Shown one piece after another: positions 24,363 through 36,293 of a stretch of DNA of 64,000 nt. The stretch lies in assembly GCF_000143415.4 (NCBI RefSeq), contig NW_003314276.1:1075434-1139433 (forward strand). The letters run 5' to 3'. Numbering within the stretch: the first letter of the stretch is position 1; every line of letters begins with the position of its first letter. The notes below the pieces were generated by a model. The model was not told the origin of the DNA and did no database searches. It was given only the letters and a program-made list of their open reading frames with translations. This DNA is from Selaginella moellendorffii (Eukaryota > Plantae > Lycopodiophyta). A program made the position numbers and the translations under genes.

Positions 24363-26037
24363 CTTCACCTTGTCTTGTAATTCAAGAACACATTATAGAC
24401 ATTTTTAAAAGAAGGCTATAAGCTGCATGGGATTGAGGATTTCACAAGTTTTGCCAGCCACTTACTCAATAATGACATGCTCTTAGGAATATAGTAATTG
24501 GTGCTTAGGGAAGGATGATGATCTGGAACACTATGATCACCGTGAGAGAAGCATGCTTAGAATGCCCCACCAGGATCAACGAGACAATTGTGTCAGGCAC
24601 GAGACCGCAAGGATTTCTTGCGTGAAGATTTTTTCCAGAGAATCCCACGTGAGATGATGATCCTTGTTCAGACAACAACATGATTATTTTAATAAAATAA
24701 CGATTAGTAGAGCTAATTAAATTTCTTCTTGAAGATCCTAGAGCATAATTGAATTTATAACATAAAAAAATTAACGATGGCGGGAATGAATTCTAAAAAA
24801 ACGATTAAGTTTTAATCTTTATTAGAATTTGACTGATATTTACCGAGAGCATTCACCGCCACTCTGCCATGCTTCAACTTGATGCGCTCAAGACGTTCGC
24901 ATAATAGATACTAATACTACAATTAATACTAAAATGATATTAATACTGGTATTAACTTGGGCCACGCAGGAGAGAGCTCAGGTAGACATTGATCGCGATG
25001 ATAGCCAAGACTCGGCAGTGGTGAAATGAAAGTGCCAAACATCTCTTTCTTAGGTCTTGTATTCTCTTCTCTCTCGCACCTGGATTTGCCGGTCTTGGGA
25101 ATGGTTACCCGCCGACATCTGCAAACCTTGTAAACAAACAAGTTCTTCAAGCTCGGTCTTGTCGCCATCTCTTTTCCCACTCGCTCGCGGCCTGACCCTC
25201 ACCACCATTCTCCCTTTTACTTCAGAACCTTGATCTAAATTGGTAAAACTATCATCGGCTGCGTGGCTTGAGCGGGCTCTCTGTCCTCTTTGAGAAAATG
25301 GTACCTGGAAATGTTGTAAACTTGTGAATACATGTAGTGCCTAGAGTTGGCCTGGAAACCAATACAGCAAACTCGTCAAAGAAGAACAAGAGAAGCAGCA
25401 AACTTACATTTCTAAAGTTGGAGGATAGAGCTCCTCAGGTTCTTACCATGCACCGTCCTGTCTTCAAGGACGTCGCGTGGTACAAGTCGGCCCCTCCGAC
25501 TTGTACCACAAGCTCAAACGTCGGAAGCAGCCACGCCCGCCGCCGCGAGCGTCGAGAACAAAAACGACGACAACGGTACGTCGAGGGAGAAACACGAGCC
25601 TCTTACTTAAAAGAGGCGGCACGGGTGGAAGGACAACTCAGAGTCGTCCAAGAGGCGGAGGAAAGGAGGGGACGAGGAGGAAACGGGTGGAACAGCTCGG
25701 CGGACAAGGCACACTACTTCTAGGGCAAAGGGGACTTCTCGCAAGGACCATCTTGATCGAGCAGGGGAAGAGGATTAGTTTTGGGAGATTCTTACAACGG
25801 GGCGAGCAGCACAGAGAAAGCAGATCGAGCGGAATAACAAAACCAGAGATGGTCACACACACAAGAAAAAGAATTTTTTTGGGGGGAACTTGGGCTGCAA
25901 AAAGAGTTGCTTCGATCGAACGAGATGGTCTGGTGGCCGAGCGAATTGTACAGGGAGGGGGATTGTCCATACAGGAGGAATGGAATTCCACATACACGAA
26001 AGCTTGTATTTCTTGACAATCCTCGTCGACAAAAATC

Positions 26038-26511
26038 CTATTTTTTGTTCTTGTTCTTGTCAAGCCAGGCGTTGATCTTTTCTTCGGTTGGAGAGAGCGT
26101 CTTGTTCTTGGTGGTACGCTGAAAAAACACGAAGAACTTGAGTATGGAATCGAGTTTTTCATACCTTGATGTATTCGAAGTAGTCTGTGTAGTTGCGTTT
26201 GTAGTAGCTTTCCAGCCTCTAAATCACAAGAATGTGAGTGATCTTATCAAGAGAACTTACTTCTCTATCGTTCTTCTCTTTGTTGGCTTTACTTCTTTCC
26301 AGGAGCTCTGCCAGTGGCAAATAAGATTTGCTCCAACTGATAAGATGCTGTGGCACTTACTTTGGACGAATTCGTTCTTCTCCGCTGGTGGCGGGCCTTG
26401 CGGAAGAATCGCCGCGGCGGCGCAAGAAGAATTTAATGCCACTCCAAAGCCACAAATCGAAGCCACCATTTCTCTTCTAGAACACAAGCAGCCATGGCAG
26501 ATTGCCGCCAT
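26038..26511 (-). CDS. PsaN-like thylakoid lumen protein (At1g49975-like), 4 exons, 110 aa
   Basis: Exons 26511-26361, 26307-26261, 26218-26165 and 26118-26038, all GT-AG and in frame. Product MAAICHGCLCSRREMV...AAAAILPQG...FVQKLLERSKANKEKNDRERLESYYKRNYTDYFEYIKRTTKNKTLSPTEEKINAWLDKNKNKK. Confidence 0.82.
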
Positions 26512-26736
26512 GGAAGAATCCTTGGTGCTAGGGAAAGCTATCTGCAATTATATTACACTGAGAGTTATCAATTGTGTGACTTTAATCAATGGTCATAGGA
26601 AGGATCTCGCGCATACAGGCGTCCAGAGAGGTCCCTGCCAATGGACTCGGAAGTTGATGGAACGAGTGCGGCATCTGCGCGTCTTCCCATGCAAAAGCTC
26701 GATTTTTGTACCGAGGGTTAAGGCCTAACTAAACTC

Positions 26737-26947
26737 GTTATGTAGAGGAGGGGCGTAATATTTTTCAAGTGATCAACCCTGGGAAGACTGGCCAGCCCAG
26801 GGACCTGAGGGATAGTCTTGTAGAGCCGATCCCGGGTTCGAACCCACCCGAAGAAGAGGGACCCTCAAATAAAACAAACTGATCACTCCCTTTTATTTTC
26901 CCAAGAATGTTGGGGCACGGATTCGAACCCATCACTCCTTCGTACTT
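26737..26947 (-). repeat. About 210-bp B-box repeat, copy 3 (inverted)
   Basis: Reverse complement of copies 1 and 2. Confidence 0.85.
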
Positions 26948-27001
26948 GGAATTTTGAGCATGTGAAAGCAAAAGTTAACTGCATTCTTGAACGAGCAGAA
27001 G

Positions 27002-27851
27002 ATGAAGGTTGGAGGTGGCTCTTGCGTCCTCATCACTGGTGCTGGATCTGGCATTGGTATCTCTCTTCTTTTGGCACACACAGAAAAGAGAGAAACAGCG
27101 GAGAGAATAAGTTCTCGTCATCGGCTCACTTTCACTTGATCGAACTGTCTTTTTCCAGGACCTTGCGAGGCGCGGTGGAAACATCACGATTGTGGATTTG
27201 TCATGTGAGAATGGGCTGTGAACCCTGAGCTTGGTAAGAGAGCCGACGAATCCGTCCCTTTGCCATCTTTGTTGAGTGTGATGTCTGCGATCCGGGTGAG
27301 AGAGATACTTCAGCATTTCTTTTCCCGGTTTGTTAGATATTTTCCTCCTGTAGAGCAAGTCGCAAAGGCGTTCAAGGAGCACAAGGAAACGTCACAAGCC
27401 AAGCAGTAACTCTTGATTCTGGAAGAGATTTCCACTGATACCCTTAAAACATATCTGGATGATCATTTGAACAGATCCAAGCTATGAGGTCCCAAGACAG
27501 TCCTGGAGGAGCCATCCTGAATCCCGCTTTGGCTGGCAGACTCTTTCTTGTCCCTTTGTATCTGATCTACTTGGCATCCAAGCGTAAGTACATTCTTTTC
27601 TTTTCCTCGACCTCCTGTTTTCTTCTTTAATGATGAAAGATGGACTCGGTTCACAAGGTCGCTTGTGGAACTACAGAGCTAGGGCATATGAGCAAAATCC
27701 CGGGGTTTGGAGTTCATCCTTTTTACTTTCTTTTGCAGGATCATTAGCGAACTGTTGCTGATGTTTCAGTATGTTGAAACGCCCATGACTGCCAAGGAGA
27801 TGATCGCTGCAACTATACCAATGAAAAATCCAGTGTACAAATTTCTTCTCA
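27002..27851 (+). pseudogene. SDR copy 6 (inverted)
   Basis: Starts MKVGGGSCVLITGAGSGIG. Exon-2 and exon-3 deletions. Confidence 0.8.
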
Positions 27852-27854
27852 TTT

Positions 27855-28750
27855 TTCATTTAAAGAGGCTTAAGAATTTTCTGTGCTTAATGCATTTGAG
27901 CCAAGAAAATAAATATCTTTATTGGAGTAGGATCTTTTACTATTCAACTAGGAGGATTCTTCATAATATAGCTACAATGAGGGATAAAAATTATAAACAA
28001 CAACTAAAAGAGGAGAGGTGAGGTAATTTGGTTTCACAAGAGAAAAAGAGAATCATCCAAATTATGAAAGTGAGTTATATTTCTATTGCTTTAAACATAC
28101 TATTACAAAGATTTGAGTGAGAGCCATAGAAAAGTTGGTGTTTCTGATTTCCCAAATGGTGGTGAATATAATTATTGTATGAATCCAATGCCAAGGAGAG
28201 AAATAATTTTAGCAGTTGCGGATGCTATTAAAGAGGAACTCTTTTTAGAGTTATAAGGAAGTCCATTTTTTAACTTGATGTTGAACAAGAATATATATAA
28301 TCAATTTAAACCACATTTAATTCTTTATATGTGAGCTTAAAGAAAAGTGTGTTCAAACTACAAAGTTCATTTAATTGTTATCTTTTCAAGATGGTATAGC
28401 TAAATCAATCCTAATTTAAGTGGCAGAGAGCTTAAATTTAAACTTGAACAAACTTGTAACTTTTAGAACAAATATATATAACACTATATTGGATTTTATT
28501 ATAAGAGTTGTCTAATTTTAAACTTAAATATAATATCAAATATATAAGGAAGGTCGAAGGGTAGAGTTAAAAGATAGTTTTTTTATTTATAAAGTTTTTT
28601 TCCCATTAATAAGAAGGCTAAAAATTATATTAAAAGATTAATTATATGGATGTTTTTTTTTCTTTGTACCAAATTTAAAATGTTTTACACCAATCCACAT
28701 CATCCTGATTAGGAGAATTTATCGATATTATTATCAATTAGTCTGCAATA
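27855..28750 (+). mobile_element. Highly decayed AT-rich DNA transposase remnant (hAT/ZNF862-like)
   Basis: Residual ELFLEL*GSPFFNLML...PHLILY resembles the hAT 'SpfFslmlDEstD...Li.y' block. Truncates SDR copy 6. Confidence 0.4.
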
Positions 28751-31251
28751 TTTTTGTAGTCTTTAAGTGCATTTATACCTTAGACTTGTGGGTTTGTGGC
28801 TTGAACAGCCTTGCTAGTACCAATTGACAATCTGATTTGAGAAGATTTGGGCGACTGTTGTCCATATAGAAAAACAAAATAAATTGGTTTATGGTTGGAG
28901 GAAGTGTCTCGCAGACAACTTCAGCAAGACGTCACAGCACTGGCTGTTTTAGCCTCGACGAGAATGGTGTTGGGTCAATAGCACATGGAGCCAGCTTCCA
29001 TTGAGATTCTTTTTACATTCTTTTTTATGGAGAATATCAAAGAGCCCATGTAATTAGGAAAGGATGGTTCGCATATTGCAAGAGGATCATGGCGAGGAGA
29101 TTCGAGAATGCAGGAAGAAAGACATCCACAGTAGGTAGTGTGTGATTCGCATTTTTTTCTTGATCAATCGGTTTGATGAATCATTCTCTTGTTTTTCTCT
29201 TCTCGTTTTCCTTGGCAGTCTTGATTGGATGGGATAGAAACCAGTGGAGCGTTTTCGCCACCAAGCTCTCGGTGGTGATTTACTCGCTGGGACTCGTAAC
29301 AACTTGAAGCACTGGAAGGACAGTGGGAAATTTGTGACTGGAGCGCCACGCAATGGCATCTTGGCTTTTGGACACGGCCGGTCTTCGTTCCATTTTATCT
29401 TTTCGGCTTTTTCAGAGATCGAGAGGTGTTTTTTTGTTTTTTTCCTTGTGTACATATAACTTAGCATTGTATCAGCTTGTTGCAGGACCAAGCGGCCGCT
29501 TAGCTCGATGCTAGCGTCCAGGGAAATAGGCCAGCTCCATCAAGAAGGCTTTCCTACTACTTTGAGATGGCCATAATCACAGGTCAAACTTGAGTTCACA
29601 TAAAAAGAAAAAAGCCTTCTCTCATCCTGATCTTTTCTTTTGTATTTTACTGGGATACTACGGTCCAAATAGCAGGTTGAGAACTAAACGTGACCTTCAC
29701 AACGAATGATGCTGTGAGCTATCTTTCTTAATGTCCCGATGCACAAACTAATAGGGAAAATATCCGGATGTGAAGGTTTCCCTATAATAACGAGAAGTAT
29801 GGAACTTTTACTTTCAGTTAACTTGTATTTGCAGAGTCTCTATAAACTTTCTGTTTGTTTTCGATGTGGAGGTAAGGTGAAGCTTGTATTGTCTACGTCT
29901 AAATCTTCTTAAAGTTCTACTAGGCTTTGATTTTAGAGCAGTGGAAAACGTTCCCTTGCATGAGCCGCAGGTGTTTGATAAGATCTGATTCTTTGTTCAT
30001 AAACACTTGTTACTTTACGGATACCAATGGTGAGAACATTTTCCATTTCATCCAATCGTGTTCTAAGGCTGCAAGGATAATCTCACCACTTCTACAAATG
30101 GTTTGTTAGATTCAAGGACAACAATGTTACTTCCCTATCACGCCAAGATGGTGGTGCTCTTTACAATGGATTATCATATGCACGGCTTTGCTGAGGTATA
30201 AACTTAAACAATTGTCATCAATCAATCAACATTTGGCTCATACGCTCTCTCCATTCTTACTATAAATCCAGGTCAATCTCATTGTCGCCCCAAGAGTTAC
30301 GATAAATTCTTCGCGATTCGTCCATTCGAGAACACACTCCTCAACTTGGACGTGGATCACGGTGATCGCCACTGGCGGCGTCAAGCCAAACAACAGGCCT
30401 ATGCTCTTTCCGTGGCACACTAGCGACAACCAGCTGTGGAGTTCATCGACGCTTGAAAAGCAACAAAAGAGTTATCCTCACAACCATCTTGTTGCGCGAG
30501 TGAGCAATTCTGTCGAGCGTTTTGCATCCATGGAGGCGGATCATTGCATTGAGACCCGTTAAGGATCACTACAGCAGCGTTCTGGATGTTCTCGCGAGGT
30601 CTGGAAGGAGGACGCCGAGGAGCTCATCTACACGCCATGCCATTCTTTCCAGATCACATCTCCTGGGTTTTGTTCCTCGCGGCTTGCAAAGTTCACGTAA
30701 AGCCGCTCGAGCCAGTGCCTAGGTAGCTATAGAAGTTCCACAAACCTTGGAGCTCCAGATTTAATCATTTTTCCGAGGATGCGAATCCTCGAGGATCGTC
30801 TGGAAAATTTACATCACAACGATCGCAGGGTCAAATAAGGATTAGGGCTCTTGAGGACTAAAGGCTTTTTCTATCGCTCTACATTGGCAACGCTGACGAT
30901 CGGCATGGATCCTCATGGATCCATTTTGCCTGGGTGATGGCTGCGCGTCGCCCTGCAGCTCCCGGCAAGATCGTCCCGTTGGTAAGAACATAACCGCTGC
31001 GGGAGTGCCTGGGTCCATCTTTGCTCGAATTCTCGCAAGAAATCCTGCGTTGAAGCGAATCCCCTCCTTAGCGCCTCGTCCAGGCCCCTCGTCACCACCG
31101 ACGCGCTGCGAGAAACAACGCCAATGCAGGGACGAGAACAATCACCCCCTCCACCCCTCTGTTACAAGATCGTGAGCTCGAACACAAAGCTATGGAGTAT
31201 AAGCTTTGCAAGAGAGAATGTGTATGATTTGAAACTTCCAATGTCAAGGAT

Positions 31252-32616
31252 CTAGAGAAGCTCCTTTAGACGAGCGCGGGAAACCTCCATGGCCTCCATG
31301 GCCTTGGATTTGATTTCCTTTGCTCGTTTCCTCAGCGTTTCACTGCCCATCAGACTCCTGGCTGCTCGCTCGACTTCGCCCCTTCCAACAATCCTGGAGC
31401 TTCCATCGCTGCTGCTCTTGCTCTCGATCCTCACCCCGGCTCTCCACACGTCCACCATGAACTTACAGTTGATGGGCTGGTCGCCCATGATCGGCCACCC
31501 GATCATCGGGACCCCGCAGCTCAAGCTCTCGAGCGTCGAGTTCCAGCCACAGTGCGTAACAAATCCTCCCACGCTCGGGTGCCTGAGAATATCAATCTGC
31601 GAGCTCCATGACACGATCAACCCCCGGTTTCCAATCCTCGTCCGCAAGCCCTCGAGGAAATCCCCGAGCTTCCGCTGGGAGCTCTCAGGTAGGACCCAGA
31701 GAAAGCTCTGCTGGCTTGCCTCCAAGCCATAGCCGACCTCCATGACTTGTTCTTCCGGGAGCTCCAGCATTGTTCCAAAGCACACGTACAATGCGGATGA
31801 AATCTCTTGTGCGTCGAGCCATTCCTTTTGGGTGTGATCTTCCAGATTTGATCCCTGCCCGACGGGCAAAGGTCCAACGTTGACAAGCTTGCGAAATCCC
31901 TGCTCTCGCAAAGCACCCAAAGTTTGCTCCTCCACCTCGTCCAAAGTATTGACGAGCAGCCATGGAGCCTTGAGCAGCGGGTTTTTGAGCTTTCTCATCG
32001 AGCTAAAGCCCACTGGATCCAGAGGGTCCTCGGGGATGTCTGTGAAAACCGAGAGCTCGCAAGGAACGCCTGGTATCACGGACGAATCCACCACTTTCTT
32101 CTCGGGCGATCGATCATTCCTGGAGAGCGGAAGGAATCCTTTCTCCAGGAGCGTCTCGACGTTGACAGAGATGTGGAGCATGGCCGCCGACGACGTCCAA
32201 AACGCAGCAACGTTGCAATCTAAGCTCTCGAGAGGCTCGACAAGCAAGAAGTCAATGATGGCCAGGGAAACCGGCCCGAGCTCGCGAGCAGAAGCCGCGA
32301 CGAGCTTCTTAATCTCGTCCGAGTTCCTGGCCATGATCTCGATGCTCTCGGGGAACTTATAGCCTTCGCTGCGGTTTCTATCGACTTCCAGAGCCTGAAA
32401 TCTAATGGCTTGCCTCAAGTTTTGGTCGCCATCGCAGAGATGATTGAGGGCCGAGAGTGATGCTCGGAGAGTGCTGCTCGTTGTGATGAATGTGATGTCG
32501 GATCCAAGGGACGCTAGCTGCACAGAGAGCTGGAGCAACGGATTAGTGTGGCCAGAGATTGGAAGAGGAATCACCACAACGTGAGACGGATTGGTTTTCG
32601 TGCTTCCGGACGCCAT
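31252..32616 (-). CDS. Family 1 UDP-glycosyltransferase, intronless and intact
   Basis: Catalytic His in GHTNP, YVCFGT, and a full PSPG box WSSQIDILRHPSVGGFVTHCGWNSTLESLSCGVPMIGWPIMGDQ. Confidence 0.95.
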   Translation of the reverse strand: MASGSTKTNPSHVVVIPLPISGHTNPLLQLSVQLASLGSDITFITTSSTLRASLSALNHLCDGDQNLRQAIRFQALEVDRNRSEGYKFPESIEIMARNSDEIKKLVAASARELGPVSLAIIDFLLVEPLESLDCNVAAFWTSSAAMLHISVNVETLLEKGFLPLSRNDRSPEKKVVDSSVIPGVPCELSVFTDIPEDPLDPVGFSSMRKLKNPLLKAPWLLVNTLDEVEEQTLGALREQGFRKLVNVGPLPVGQGSNLEDHTQKEWLDAQEISSALYVCFGTMLELPEEQVMEVGYGLEASQQSFLWVLPESSQRKLGDFLEGLRTRIGNRGLIVSWSSQIDILRHPSVGGFVTHCGWNSTLESLSCGVPMIGWPIMGDQPINCKFMVDVWRAGVRIESKSSSDGSSRIVGRGEVERAARSLMGSETLRKRAKEIKSKAMEAMEVSRARLKELL

Positions 32617-33236
32617 AGCTGACAAGCTCTCTCGGCTTGAGAATGAGAAAATGACTTCACAACAAAAGAGTTAGGTTTGATATTACTTCTGACCATTTGC
32701 TTGTTGCTTGTTGCTTCCTTGCTCTGTGAACACTCCCGTGTTTACCGGATCTCTTCATACGTGGCTAGGCTCAAGCCGGGCATTCAACGGAAGGTGCCAA
32801 AGCGACGCCATTCCAAACGACAGAAGAAAATCTTGGCGAATCTGCTGAAGCTAATGCCTTACTCTTACATGCTTATCAGGTAAGAAAATGTTTTAAGTGA
32901 GTTGTTGAGATTATATGCATATGTTGACATTTGTGCCAAGTTGGGCCATAAACAGCATCCACGGTATGGATCACTCATTTTCTCGCAGCTCTTTGGAAAA
33001 GTTTAGTCGATGGTTCATCTACCTGGACGAGAATCGACGCCAGGCGATGAGAACCGACTGGAATCTTGGCCAGGATTTTGGCTCCAAGAAAGTGGGAGCT
33101 CTGTGGGATTGTTATAGCTGGTGTTCCGATTGAAGGGGGGGCCACAGATCCTGGTTTAGGTCTGTCACGTGGTAGGGGCTTACATTTTTCTGCTGGATGT
33201 TCTAGCAGTCTACGTAGAAGCAAACTATTTTTGTGA

Positions 33237-34419
33237 TCAAACGCTACTTTCATCTGATCTTGCTAAGATCGCAGGGCCAGTAGAGGGCACCGGTTGAATA
33301 ACCCACAGGCATGCGCCAGCTTGTTTCTCGTCCTCGATCAGCTCCAGTATCGCTGCGAACAAGGCAAAGAGAAAGAAAAACATGACAAATGAGTACATGA
33401 AAGATACTGTATGCGTTACCTTGAATGATCTTTTCCATTGGTATGAAGCCACCAGTTGCAGCGATCATCTCCTTGGGGACAATGTCAGTCATGGGCGTTT
33501 CAACGTACTGAAACATCAGCAATAGTATCAAGTTCGCTTACGATTCTGCAAAAGAAAGAAAAAAGGATGAACTCCAAACCCCGGGACACAGAACGTTTGC
33601 TCGTATGCCTTCGCTCTGTAGTTCCACAAGCGACCTTGTGAATATCACAAGTCCACCTTTTATCATTAAAGAAGAAAACAAACTAATGTACTTACCCTTG
33701 GATGCCGAGTAGATTGGATACAAAGGGACAGGAAAGAGGCCAGCAGCCGAAGCGAGATTGACAATGGCTCCTCCGGACCGTCCTGGGACATCATAGCTTG
33801 GATCTGTTCAAATGATCATCCAGATATGTTTTAAATGTATCAGTGGAAATCTCTTCCAGAATCGAGAGTTACTGCTTGGCTTGTGCATTCGATGGCTGCC
33901 ATGAGGTTCACGCTCAAGACCTTGTGCCATTTGTCATCGCTCACGAAGTCCCCCTGCTCGACGATCCCTGCACAGTTGACGCACGCATCCAGTCTCAAGA
34001 ACGTTTCCTTGTGCTCCTTGAACGCCTTTGCGACTTGCTCTACAGGAGAAAAATATTTAATCGGGAAAAGGAATGCTGAAGTGTCTCTCTCACCTGGATC
34101 GCAGACATCACACTCGACGAAGATGGCAAAGGGACGATTCGGATTCATCAGCTCTTGGTGCTCCTCTCTTACCAGGTTCAGGGTTCGCAGCCCATTCTCA
34201 CATGACAAATCCACAATCGTGATGTTTGCACCACGCCTCGCAAGGTCCAGCGCCAGCGCCCTCCCTGGAAAGCCAATTCGATCGAGTCAAAGTGAGCCGA
34301 TGACGAGAACTTCTTATTCTCTCTTCTTTCTCTTTTGCTGTGTGTGCCAAACGAAGAGACATACCAATGCCGGATCCAGCGCCAGTGATGAGGACGCAAG
34401 AGCCACCTCCAACCTTCAT
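33237..34419 (-). pseudogene. SDR copy 7, most complete (7 exons), frameshifted
   Basis: TGAGSGIG, VNCAG, YSASK, IRANVLCPG.YVETPM and ELIEDEKQAGACLW. A 1-nt loss near 33775 relative to copy 3 and a probable second shift near 33300. Confidence 0.85.
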
Positions 34420-36293
34420 CTTCAGCTCGTTCAAGAATACATTATAGACGTTTTAAAAGAAAGCTGAGGGTTTCACAAGTTTTGCGAGCCACTTTCTCGA
34501 TGATGACATGCTCTGAGGAAAGTTGGTGCTTAAAGGGAAGGATGATGTGGTCACTGTGATGACCGTAAGAGAAGGATGCTTAGAATGCCCCGTCAGGATC
34601 AACGAGACAATTGTGTCGGGCACAAGACTCGCAAGAATTTCTTGCATGAGGATTTCTTCCACAGAATCCCGTGCGAGATGATGATACTTGAGAATAGCAT
34701 TGGGCTTTATTTTTCCCTGCTCTTGGTCTGACAACAGATTTCATTGAACCAATGGTGATATATATTGTAAACTTGAATAGATTGATCTGCTTTTAATAAA
34801 ATTTAGATTAGTAGAGTTAGTCTTAGCTAAAGTGAAGCACTAGCAGCTGGCTAAGTTTGAAGTACCAGCTTATAGCATTTTTCTCTCTTTATATTTGCGC
34901 ACTTTGATTGAAATATGGTATTATTTTCAATATAAATTGAAAACTTCCTTTTAAACAAATTAATTATCCAATACGAATGAAGCTCTCTGGAAACAAAGTC
35001 CAGATACGAGTGGAATTTCTGCTACCTTTGAGCCACCCTTTGAATGCCAGTGCAATCCAAGACTTCTGGAATGGTTGTGACTGGTTGTTGTAGCGACATG
35101 TTGAGGTTTATATCGAGTTTCACTGTGCATGGCAATCATGCCACCACCCTGTATGGTGACTGTCTGTCAGTTGTTGAGAATCCTGAATAGCCGCATAGAC
35201 ACATCGCTCCATGTCATCCTTTTGGGCACTAAGGATGAATTGGAGCGTGTCTCACCAAGCCCGGGTTTCAATTGGAAGAACACCAGCTTTCATACCAATC
35301 AGCCTGTACTGAATTGGGCTGCAAAGTTTCGGTGGGTAACTTCTAGGTCTGCCCAGCCTTTCTTGTGTTGTCCCAGAAGGATTGCCAGTATCTGTGTAAG
35401 AGTTGGCGACGAGCATCCCAGTGGACGATGTTGTTTTGACGAAGGGCCCGAGCATGGGCGTTAAGGTTCTGGATCCTCCTCAACATATCGTGGGTGCTGA
35501 GTTGGATGACGCTCCACGGTGAGATGAAGTAGGATCCACGATATCAGCTTCAGTCGTGGTTGCGTGCATGTAGCTGATGGTGGAAGTTGTTTATCCTTCT
35601 CGTGGGGACTGCGGTGTAGAGAGGCATTGACAAGGGTGATCACCGTTGCTCAGTTGCTTTGCTTCTGTATCATACAGTTGGGCATGGTGTCAGTTTCCAT
35701 TTGTGTTTGAATGGCAATGTTGCAATTCAAAGAAGCTACTTGATATGCCAAGGTGAGGATGGTGTCCTGTTGGGTGTAGTCCCTGAGCTCCATCATACTC
35801 CGGCTGATGAGTGCTCGTGATGGGAGTGCCTGTGGCTATGGGCAGGAGCAAACTAGATGGCACCAATGAAGCGTGTTTTAATGGGCATGCTTGCGATTCA
35901 TTTGCGCTCTCTTTGTGACCAAGGGTGAGAGGAAGATTGGGCTCTACCCTTCAGTTTGTCTTATAAACTGGCGAGAGAAAGCGAAGCACCGAGATAGGGG
36001 TTGTTTTCTGAGATTTCGGCTTGAGCTCCCGCCTGATCTTCGCTGCCATGTCTCGTTGCCATAGCTATCTTGGTGGCTCCTCATTATAAACATTGTCACT
36101 TATACATTGTCTCATGGTTCCTGTTATTACCATCCACACTGTTAATTTAGGTCATCAATACTTATCCCGTAAATTATTGCAAATTTTTTTTATATGCCTT
36201 CTTGACCCTAAACCCGTAACACGCCCACGTGGCAGACCTAAATTCGACGTTATTTACTTTGGAATATTCCCACGACACTTTGTTTTAGGGTTT

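Noticed and set aside
35000-35900. Coding-like fragments on the minus strand (also at 1893-2830)
   Set aside because: Interrupted by stops and not assignable to any family from sequence alone.
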